A DNA stretch of 64,000 nucleotides, from assembly GCA_047495785.1 (NCBI GenBank), contig JBLDXI010000007.1, positions 3,658,001 to 3,722,000 of the forward strand, in the 5' to 3' direction. Position numbers and translations under genes: made by a program. Origin of the DNA: Lepidodermella squamata. Lineage: Eukaryota > Animalia > Gastrotricha. This document shows positions 39,001 to 51,000 of the stretch, piece after piece. The notes beneath the pieces were generated by a model, which searched no databases, was not told where the DNA came from, and saw nothing but the letters and a program-made list of their open reading frames with translations. Within the stretch, counting starts at the first letter, position 1. Every line of letters begins with the position of its first letter.

Positions 39001-42000
39001 AGCTCAACTTTGAATGACCAGCTCAAGTTTGACATTATTGCACTCTGAAAATCGCAAATTATGTTGGGCCCATAATATTTAAAAAACTAAGGTTATTTCC
39101 ATTTCAACAGTGAAACGCAAATTCTCTTTAACATTATTGCCCTCAAAACTTACATTTTTACTGTTTTCTGAGCTAAAACTAAGGTAAAACCGGTGGGTGT
39201 AAATAGCAAGTTAACGCGACCCAGCAGGTGGGTGCAAATAGCAAGGATTAGACACCCACTGGGTGTAAATAGCAAGTTATCGACACCCAGTGGGTGTAAA
39301 TAGTCACTTATTGACACCCACTACGGGGGGTGTTGTTGGCCTCGACCTTTTTTTATTGCATAAATTAATAATTCGGCGCACATTGATTTTTGTACGCTAT
39401 TTCCTTACGTGCAGCCGAGGTTTTAAGGGGGTAGTCTAAGTTAAATCTAAATTCATAAGCCTTTTCGGCAACAATTTGGGGTCTCCCATCTTTTATAAGG
39501 ATGGGGGCCTCCTAGAGGTCAGAAATGTAAAAATTCATTATCCTCAAGAACAACTGAGTAGGAATATTTAGGATTCAAAGAAGTCACGTCACGAATCACG
39601 AGTCACGAGAAGTCACGAATCGCCCCTCTTCACGTCAACACACTTTTTGGAATTTGCTGGAAAATACAGAAATAACGCCAAACGGTCAAATTACAAACTC
39701 GAACAATGTCTTATTCGGTCTCATTCTGTTTTGATCTCATAATGTATCTTTGAATGGAATATCAGTAATTGCAAGTCCTTCTCACAGCAATTTACAAGAA
39801 CTCTGCCTTTTCGAACTTTCATTCGTTGAGTTCGCCTCACTTGCGAGGCTAGTTAGATCCGGGCGCGATATCTGTGGCAAACATTCAGTTTTTGGATCAG
39901 TAACAGGATCTTTCAAAGAGTTAGTAGCGTTTTGCAGTTGTTTCAAGAGTAAATTGCGGTATTCTCTGTACCGCTCACTCCCCATAACCATCATAGGAAT
40001 GAACAGTGCATCGCCGACGAATGGCCATGGTTTGGTCCTTTCCCGCCACTGATGTAGCCTTTCCTGTACCATTTGTTCTTCTTCAATAATGCCAGTGACG
40101 ATGAGGACTGTGTTTGTAAGTCGTGGCCTGCTCGCGCCTCCGAATGCTTGAAGTACAGTACGCAGCGCAGTGTAGTGACAAGTGAATAGAACAACATCGT
40201 GTTTGGGCGCTGAAACCAGCCAATCGTCTACACGGGCCGGCCAGTCGACATCGAAATTCGAAATCGAAGGCCCATCGATGAGGTGCAACTTCTTCACTAC
40301 GGTCGACCAGCTATCACTGCCTGCTTCAGTAACCGGCCGTTCTGTTTCTTCAGTCAACAAACTATGAACTTCGTCCGTCTGCCACTTTCCTATACATTTT
40401 GAAAGGGCAATCGATTATTAAAGCTGTAACATGTTAGATCATCTTCACTCTGTCCGATCAGCAACACCATTGTTTTGTTATCTTCAAGCTCGACTGGTCG
40501 ATTCGACAACATTTTGCTTTCGATGTTTGATGTTGACACAAAGTACGAGCAGTGCAATATTTCAAGTTTGATGTGGAGTATGTATAAAGTGCAGAGTGCA
40601 GTAAGTAATACTATTCCTTCTAAGGTCGAGTTAGATGGCCTAAAATTATTGGAAAGCGCGCTTTTAACACTTTACCAGCCAAAAATTGACTGCGAGATTC
40701 GATATTTAGATCTAATTCCTGGGTCTGGCAAAAGTCCTTTTTTCTGGTCAACGATGCGTCGTAGGGCAAAATGCCTGACGGCAAAATGTAGGCCGAATAG
40801 AGCCCGGCGATTCTTTTTGAATTTGGGGCCACAAGGTCCGAGCAGAGGCCTTTGAAAATGACCGTGAAAAAACGTCGAAATTTTGGATTAGAGCCAAAAA
40901 TCATATCCAAGACTTGGATCTAATTATTATTGGATCTCGCAGTCTATTTTTGCAGTTAAAGTGTTAATTTGGGGTGGGCTTACACAACCTGAATCATGCC
41001 CGGGTCAATGGTTTTCTCTTCCGGAACTTGCAGCCGAGTTAAAATATTTCATTTTCCTGTTGCTATATCAGTTTCCTTATCGCAACATCGGTATGGCGGT
41101 ATATCGCCATGGCAGCGAGATAATGTGCTATCTACCGGAGTGTAGAACGAAGCAAGGCAGGCAGCAAACAGTTACGATTTACGATGTACGAAATTTATTG
41201 GCTGAAATGCGTAGAAAGAAGCCTAATTAAAGTAGGCCTCACACAAGCAAAAACAGAAAAAAACACGACTCACTAAGATGACCCAAGAAGGACGGGTCAA
41301 ACTCGATTGAAATAATAGTAGAAGACGCGGACCGGCACGCCACAGAATTAACGGCATTACATATTACGTAGAGCTTCAGGCTGGATATATCTACAGCATT
41401 ATTAAATATGAATTTCGTCCAATCACAACAGTACACAGCGGAATTATCAGAATTAGCGTCATTAATTCATCACTGAGAGAATTCAGCGGCATACTTTAAG
41501 CCTAATATTGCAGGTAAGACGGTTCAATTTTCGAAGCGCCTAAAATTCAAGCCCAAGTCATTTATGATGAGTAAAGTGGCATCCGGTTTCGGCACCGAAC
41601 CCAGCCAATCGCCTAGTCGTACCGAACGCGTGGGATCATAATTTCAAGCGTTGATGAGACGCAATGAGATTGTAAATACAAATTGAGCGAAAATTGAAAA
41701 CTCGCTTGTGCTTGTATTAGGCTTTAAGGATTTATTTGCTAAATTTATCTCATTGTATCGTGCAACAGGTATGCAACAGCCTGCTGACAATCGGCCTATT
41801 CACCGAAGAAGACCTCAGCAAGCTGCTAGCCGTACTCGACCCGAAATCGTTCCCATACGAAACGTTCGAATTCCACTGCACAAAGGGCCTCGTCGAGATG
41901 CAAATCGACGAGCCAATCAAATTCGAACTGTGCCGCATCATGTCAACGCTGTGCGACATCCAACTGCGGCGGCGAGTCGAAGCGCTGCTGAAATTCTCCA

Positions 42001-45000
42001 ACGTCATCGTCGAAGAGCTGAAAAACGACCAACAACGCCGGTACACAGAAATTCAAGAGGCGAACCTGCCGCCAGTCATCGCCGCGAAGAAGACGAAAGA
42101 ATTTCGTTGCCTACCCTTGGAACAAATGAGGGCGTTGTTGGCGTTTAAAGAAGGCGCCCAGGAGGAGTGCCCATGCCGGCCTGATATCCAGGGCTTCCTG
42201 CACTGGTTCCACTACAAATTACGAGTCTGCTGCGCGTTACCAGCTGGTTTAGACGAAAACGGCTCGGACGGCGATTCGTCGGGTTTCGGCGATTCCGACG
42301 GCCAAAGGCCGAATATTATCAAGCGAATCTTAAGTTCAATCGCTTCGATGACTGAAATCGCCGAGTCTGACGAGGACGGCGCGTCGGCGGGCGGGTCTTC
42401 CCTTGACCTTGTCCCAATCGACGGAATTCCGCCTCTCGTTGTTGACAAGGCCCTGCAGCGGACTGTCGTCGAGAATGTGAAGCGGTGGTCGACCGAGTCG
42501 CATATTTCGAATCAGAAACTGGTGACTGAGATGTTTTCGCTGATTCATCGGCAGTTTGATGAGATTGGCGAGATTATCAGGTCGCTGAAAACGACTTACA
42601 TGGTGTCGCGGGCGTCGGAGCGGGACATTGTCAAGCTGTTGGATAACGTTGTTCGCGTCAAGTGCCTGTTGGATGTGCAGGTTTCGACCGAGGAAGAGGA
42701 ACTGCTGCGCGAGTGCTTGCGGTCTATGATGCAGAACAAGGTGAGAAAAATGCCTCATAGAGATTCCTATCAGTTTTTAAAAATACAATTAAGATTGAAT
42801 TTCTTCCAGGCAAAATAGCAAATTTTTGAGGAAATTTAAAATCTTAACATTTTAAAATTGAATTTGTTCATTTTCTGTTTGTTCTGTAATTTCTCTTTAC
42901 TCTTTTAATTATGTTTGAAAATTCACAAAAATTCATAAATTATCCGAAATCTAAGTCTTTTTGATAATTTTTCGAGATTTAGGCTAAACTTTCAAATTGC
43001 GCGTAAATCGAACCGAATTAATTTTCAGCCATAAAAGAATTTCCAAATTTCATGGGAAATCTCACGGAGGTACCAAATTACATTTAATTCAATACCTGAC
43101 CATTTTATTCGATTTTTAACTGGTTACGTTAGGGCTAGAGGTTTAAAATTGGGGATATGGAACTGATTGGAATAATTTGGTACTGAATTCAATAATTTGG
43201 TAATGAATTCACTGTAACCCGATTTCATTATCGTTACGATTAACCAGAAATTTCATGGCCTTCAAAAGTTTTTGGAAATTTCATCGAAATTTGAAGACAT
43301 TGTGTAGTTCTATAAAAATTTCAAAGAATTCTTGTCATAAAGCAATCATTTTTTATCCCGACTAATTCGATAAAAAATCACTTGAATACAAGCCTAATTT
43401 TTCGAGGTTAAAATCTAATAGGAAGCTAATTTAGCCAAATCACTGATTTTTTTATATTTTTTATCGAGCCAGTTTCTGGTTTATGTTTGTAATTTTTCCA
43501 GGTCTTTATCAACATTTTAATCACCCAAATATTTTTCTTATTCCTCATGATTTGTTAACACTTTTTGGTATCATATTGTCGTATTTATTTTGTCTGTGAA
43601 TTTTCAATATTTCATTATTTTTCTCTAATTTTTTCTCAATTAAGGTGTTCTTCCAACACCCTGACCTCATGCGAATGCTGAACGTCCACGAAATCGTCCT
43701 CCAGCTGACAGTCAACACGCTAAACAAAGCCGCCCAGCAGGCGCAACAGGGCGTCGAAGGCACCTCTGCCGAAATGGTTGTCATGTGCTCGCGCTTCCTG
43801 TGCTACTTCTGCCGAACTAGCCGCGAAAACCAACGCGCCATGTTCAACCATCTGACTTTCCTACTCGAAAATTCAACCATGCTGCTGTCTCGGCCGTCCC
43901 TACGAGGCTCGTGCCCGATTGACGTTGCTTATTCGTCGCTGATCGACAACAACGAATTGGCTTTATCACTTCGAGAGGCTCAGATCGAAAAAGTTGTCCA
44001 GTATCTAGGCCGATGTGGTGTTCAGTCCAACTCGGAGCTTACGGCGAAAGGCTACCCTGATATCGGCTGGGACCCGGTTGAAGGCGAGCGTTTCCTCGAC
44101 TTTCTCCGCTTCTGCGTCTGGGTCAACGAAGAATCAGTCGAAGAGAACGCCAATTTGATCGTGAAATTGCTGATTCGTCGCCCTGAATCGCTAGGCCCTG
44201 CCCTAAGGCCCGAGGGAGGTGGTCTGCTGAAGGCTATTCGAGACGGCCAGCGCATGTCGATGCAAATCGCCTTCGCTAAGGGAAATACTGGCTTTTTGAC
44301 GGCGTTGGGTGACGAGAATATGGATCACGATTTCATTAAACAGTCGAAATATGACTACAACGCGTTGCCGCCGGATTCCGATGACGACTATATCGATATG
44401 GGATCGGCCATTCTTTCGTTTTATGCGTCACTGGTCGACTTGCTGGGCCGCTGTGCTCCGTCTGAGGAGACTGTTCAGGTAAGATTGGTCCTAAAATGGT
44501 TGAAAATGGGGTAATTAATTAGCTTAATTAAAAAATGTCCCAATTTCAAACATTATCCAGTAAAGAGAGAAAATTCATAATTAATTAGAAAATTGAGTGT
44601 TAAATTATTTTTCAGGTAATATTGGGAATAATTTCGAAATAATTTAATTCATATTCATGTCCAGACTGTGAGCTAGAATTTTTATTTTATTTTTTCAATT
44701 ATTTTTATTTTTCTTAAAGTTTTCAAATTTTTGAAGTTGTTTTTTGGAGTTCGATTTTTATGATTGACGTCAGTAGATTGAGACCTGTTGTGTATTTGTC
44801 GTTACATTGTAAACCCCGTAATTGTTACACCCCCTTGATTATTGTATATAATTACCCCCAAACAATTGTGAGGTTAACTAATAGTGTTACTACCCCTTTG
44901 ATGTTGCCTTTCATGCCGTTTTTATTATGTTTTTTCTTCGTAATAAGTTTTCCAGATTGTGCCGAAACCCCCTTACAAAATGTGTTATTTGACTTCTATG

Positions 45001-48000
45001 CTAAAACAGGACGTTGAAACCGGTGCCTTAGTCAAGAAGAATGTATGCCTATCAAACAAGTTTATCTCGTACAGATTTAGATCACGGTTTGATCTTTGGT
45101 AGTCTAATTTTTGGCGTTCTATAGTAGTCGTATAGCTTCGTCTAACTCAGATAGTTTTCTGCCTCAAAAGTTTTTAAACTTTCGTCTGAAATTTACTGAA
45201 AATTGAAAATTTGATCCATTTTTGATCTGAAAATTTGAAGATGCATGACTTTGATGCTAGAGCTTAGCGATTGGAAAGGATATTAAGCCGTGCCTTCCTG
45301 AATTTAAAGATATAACCAACTAATATTTTTTCTAATAATTCCTGGATTTTTTGTGATTTTTCGTGATAACGTTGTTGTGTGAAATAGTTTCATCTTAGTG
45401 CGAAAAACAAGTCTCTGCGAAACAAAGCTCCGTCGAAGGAAACACCTAGTCGACGCTCGAATGTGGTAGTATAGATTTGCAGTTTTTTCTAGAAATCATC
45501 TTCTGAATTATTTTTTCACACTGAATATATTTTAAAATTTCACATTAACACAATTTCACAAGTTTTTTGCGTGTTTTTCTTACACAAAAAATATAACAAA
45601 AAAGCGTTTGGAATTCACGTTGTGATTCTGCATCAATTAATTTAACCAGCGGGATGAAGTATTTAGAAAAATATTGATAAAAAATAGAAAATTCGAAAAA
45701 TGCATCATCTCGCTGGTTACTTTATGCTAATTTCAAGGGTGATTTTTGCCATTGAAACTTCGCACACGTTGTTCAGAAATTTTTCGAAATTTGCCGTCAT
45801 CTCATTTTCCGCTCTTTGTCATTTTTTATCGATCGATTTGTTGATTCGATTTTTCTGTAATTTTTTGACAACAGCAAGGCAAACCTGATTCGCTGCGATG
45901 TCTCGCTATTTTGCGGTCTTTGATCGCGCTGGAAGACCTCGAAGGCGTCCTCGCCCTCCGCTTCATCCTGCCCGTCCACCGGGTCGGCGAAGTCGCTGCC
46001 GAGGCGCCGTCGATGCCGCCTGGTCTGCTGCCCCAACACAAGGCTAACATCGTCCTATTTCTGGAGCGTGTCTACGGCATCCCGGACCAGGCCATGTTCT
46101 TCCGCATGCTGGAGGATGGCTTTTTGCCGGACATGAGAGCGGCGACTACGCTGGAGAACGCCTCGGCGTCGGAGGGCGACATGGCCCTGGCGCTGAATCG
46201 CTACCTGTGCAATAATGTGTTGACCTTGTTGAGCAAATACGCGCATTATTTCTCAGGGGCGGATAATCAAACTGCTTTGATTGATGCAACTCTTCACACA
46301 GGTAAACCTTTGAATTTTAAATTTATCGATTTTATTAAACAAGCAATCAATTTCAAAAAATTGGGTTTCATTTCAAAAAAATTGAAATTTTGAGAGAAAT
46401 CAGAAATTATTTAAAAAATAGAAAAAATGGGAAAATTCAGTCAATACTTGAAGAAATAAGAAATTGAATTCTGAGATTTATTTGGCAATTTTTTTTAAAT
46501 TGTGACCCATTTTCCTGGGCTTGTGGTTCCAGCACTAAATTTCCCCCAATATATGGGGTTTCGAGCCTAAATTTTTGGGGTCTATTTTAAATGAGTCGAA
46601 AATTGTTGCTTTCATCGTCCACATTTTTAATATAAAATGTTAGCTATTCAGTGACTCAATTTGTTTGCTCACCAATCATTTTGAAATTATTTTTATGAAA
46701 AATTACGATATTTTACAGCCTATCGCCTGTCAAAGTGCAAATCTCTGACGAAAAATCAGAACGAAGTCGTATCGGAGTTTTTAGTCGCCCTGACCTCACA
46801 ACTGCGCCCGTCGATGATCAACCGCCTGCTGCGAAAACTGACCATCGACGTGCCTATGCTGACCGAAAACACCCTGGTCGCCCTTCAGGTGCTAACCAAC
46901 CACTACGAGCGATTCGGGCCGTACTACTCGTCCTCGGGTATGCCCGGTCAGGGCATAGCCTCGGACGAGCAGCGACGACTGACCGCTGTCCTGTTTTCTG
47001 GGCTATTCGACGCCCTGGCGAATAAACCCTACGACCCTGAGTTGTTCTCTAAGGCTCTGCTTTGCCTGTCTGCGATTGGCTGTGCCCTGCCGCCGGACTA
47101 CACGCCGACGGCTCGGGAGGACTCGTTGTTCCAGTTGATGCCGGAAGGCGAGGCTGGTTACAACCCGGCGCCGGCTGACACGGCGGGAATCACCATTCCG
47201 CCGACGCTCAAGGACGTGGCGGTTAAATTTGCCGAGCACTACCACGACGCGATGGCTGTTAGACAGGTAATTTATGGTCGAATTTGCTCATCAAAATTTG
47301 AAAAAACTTAAACAGCTGCAAATCATTCGTCCGAGGCGTTATTCCAACTAAATTCCAAATCTAAAATAATGAAGTTAATTTTTGAGAAATATTTAAAAAA
47401 ATAGAAAAACTGAAATATCAAATAATTTGGAAAAATAAATGAAATTTTTTGAACATTTTGATAAATTTGTAAAATTACATTTCTTTTTCATTCAAATGTT
47501 GTGAAAATTTAAACTGCCTTTCAATTTTTCAAATTCATCATGATTAGGAATCTGGCATAAGTAAAAAATTTTGTTTATAAAAATTCTGTATAAAGTGATC
47601 AAATATTTGGAAATTAATGAGATTGTGACCTGAAATTTGTCAAATTCGGACGAATTTTTTCGAGTTGTTTCTCTGAAAATCCGACCTCGAATCCTGAGGT
47701 TTTACGATGATTAGCCCTGTGTTGTTGTTTCGCCTCATTCCCCGCCTTAAAAAAATTACATCTACTTGTACAATTGTTGTTCTTGTGGCTTGAATACATT
47801 CTACCCCGTTTTTAATGCGCTTTTGCTGCTATTTTTCACCTGTAATCTAAACCCTACAACCAATCAATAGCTGGAACAAAATTGGGGCACTGGTTTTTCG
47901 AAGCCCTCACCGAAAAAACGACAATACGGAAACGACGATGATGACGAAAATAACGGCGGCGACGTCGAAAGCGAAGGACAGCCGGCAGTGCCCGCCCACG

Positions 48001-51000
48001 TTATAACCCCATACGCTAAACTGTCCGCCAAGGTCGAGTCTCAAGCATCGCTTATAAATTGCGTAGAAAAAAGCCGAAAGCACTACTTGTAAAGTGTTGG
48101 CTTTGAGGAATGCCTTTAATTCTGAGCCTATATTAATCTATCTAGTAGTTTATCGATTCAAATTCTTATGCGGCCTTTTGAATCTTTGAAAAGCTCTACT
48201 TCCGTTGGTGTGCTTACCTGCTGGCGTAAATCGCTTTACAATGGCATCGCAGGAAAATTTGAAAAAAATATTCATGGAAAAAATTTAAATTTTACTAAAA
48301 CGAAATTTTTTCAAATTTAATTGCGAGCCTGAAATGTAGGATTTCGCTGCACTTGTGGCGAAGTGTTTTCTCCGAGTGAAAATTAGCCATACAAATTATT
48401 CTCGAATTTTAATTTTTTTTATAACTTTCAATATAGGATCGCGATCGATATCTGGAACCTGTAGTCGAGTCACTCAAAGCTCTAGTTGCTTGGGGCTGGA
48501 AACTCGAACTCGACGATACGAGGACTACTTTCGTCGGTGGAGGTGCTACTTCGGCTCGTCCAGACGCTGTAAGTTTCAAAAATTGAATTTTTTGAAAATG
48601 TTCAATTAATTTGTTTTTACAGAGCGACTCGAGGCCAAAAGCTTCAGATCTGAGCGGCTTCAGCTTAAACCGCGACTTGCAAGTCTTAGCTGATAAATTG
48701 GCTGAAAACGCTCACGAAATTTGGGCAAAGCGGAAAAAGGAGGAGCTCGAAGCCATTGGCGGCGGTATCCACCCTATGCTGGTGCCTTACGACATTCTAA
48801 CCGAACGCGAAAAAGGCAAAGACTGCGAACGCGCCCGCGAGTTGATTCGCTTCCTGTACTCTCAGGGCTATCGGCTGATCAGCCGTGAGCAGCAGAACCA
48901 ACTCGCTAAAATGGGCTCGATGGGCAAGGAGAGTGAAGACTCGGGCCTGGGCGGAGGTGGTAACATCGCGCTGCTCGAGAAGCATTTTGCTTCGTCTTTG
49001 CTCGAGAAACTGCTCGACTACGTCGATAAAGCTTCGATTAATATGCAAAAACTACAGCCTTCATCGATTTTCACTCGACGAAATTCCTATTCACAGGTAA
49101 GGAAAATTGAAAATTTTTATTCAATTTTGTTTGAAATTATTTTGATTTTTTTCCGACGATAAATGAATTTCATAATTCATCAAAAACTTTTTCATTTCAG
49201 AATTTTTTCGAAACGAATTTCAAAAATTTGAAAATTTCAATTTAGAATTCAAAGTGAAATTGAAGTGATTTTAAAAATCCGCTATTTTTTCCGCTATTTT
49301 CCTATCTTTCGAAAAATTTGATAACAGATTATGGGCTTGAATTTCAACTTTTTTTATATTTTTCAAGGCTACCGAAGACGTCAAATTTTTCGGCAAAGTC
49401 GTACTGCCGCTGATCGAGCGTTACTTCAACGCCCATAAAGCTTACTTCCTAGCCATTGGCCTAGTCGGCGCAGCCTCAGTCAAGGAAAAAGAAATGGCCG
49501 CAACCCTATTCTGCCGGCTAGCCGCCATGCTTCGCCGCAAATTGACCGCATTCGGCCCAGATATCGCCATATCAGTCCGCTGTCTGCAAGTCCTCGTCCA
49601 GGCCATCGACGCGAGATCTGTCATTCGCAACTCGCCCGATGTCGTTCGAACTTCGGTGGTGCCATTCTTCGCCGAGGCTGCGGAGGATTTGTCGACTCTG
49701 GTCGCCTTGCTTCAGGACGGGTCGTTTTCGCACGTCAAGGGTACGATATCGAGAGGTGCGGTTTCGGTCGATTACGTTCACATGGTCCTACTGCCGGTTA
49801 TGCTGAGCATGTTCTCGCATTTGGCTCGATGTGGCTACGGCGCTGATGTCTTAGTTGACGATATTCAACTCGCCTGCTTCAAGGTAAATTTTTCTTGAAT
49901 TTGGGTTTATCGCAGCTGAAATTTTGAAAATTCGAAAATTTGATGTTGAGGGTGAAATTGCTAATGTCTTCAAGGCGACAATTTAAAACCGCTTATTTTT
50001 ATGTAGTGAAATTTCAAAAATTCAGGGAATTTCAAAATACTTTGGACAATTTTTGAAAGCCTCCTGGATTAATTTCTAATTCTTGAAAAAATTCTCCAAT
50101 ATTTTGAATGAATCAATTTTATAACCAGGATGTCCCATTTCAATTTTCGATATTTTTGGGAAATTTGTAATTTTTTCCACATTAAATTTATTTTCCGCGA
50201 TTGAACCGAGAAATCTCGAAATATTACCAGAGAAAACCCAAAAGAACCCGGTCGTAAAAGATTCGGTAATTATCGGTATTTTACCAGATTTCTGAGAATT
50301 TTTTTTTCAATCAGCATTTTTATGGCATTGCATCTTACTTTAGGCTCTATGATCCCTTTTCTATCTCATTTGAATGCTTTAGTATTGGGAAATTGGTAAA
50401 ATTTGACGCAAAAAGTTTTGAAATTTTGAAATTTCCTGGTAGCAATTTTTTTCGGAACAATTTTTTATCTGGAATTACACTGATACACTTAAGAATTAAT
50501 TCAATTAATTACAGCAATTTGTAATTAAATCACACTTTTTGACTGACAGATTTTGAATGCGCTGTACGTTCTCGGCACAAAATCGCACTCGTTCCCGCAA
50601 CGCGATACAATTCGCGACGAACTCGACCGCCACCGGCCACGCTTGGGCGAGTGCCTCGCCGCCTTCGCCGGCACCTTCCCAGTCGCGTTCATGGAACCAG
50701 ACACATTCTTCATCAACCGCGTCTCCCTGCTCTTCGGAAAAACGTCCTACGAAGACCACTCCCGAGAAGCGTCGGAAGTTCTCACAGCCCTCGGCCAGAA
50801 CGTGCCTAAACTCGATGATATGAACGCCTGCCTCGAAGACCTCGCGTTAACAGGCGGCGTGACGCAAGAATCGCAGCATCTAATCGAAGTCTCGATTTCA
50901 ATGCTATGCTCCTACCTCGCAGCCTGGTGGTCGAAAGGCCCGGACAACGTGAAAGAAGGCCAGCCAGTGACCAACGTCCACGCCGATATGATGAACGCAG

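Noticed and set aside
33035-41768. Autonomous transposon explaining the 8.7-kb intron
   Set aside because: No transposase, reverse transcriptase or integrase motifs in any ORF; the content is nested genes plus non-autonomous elements.
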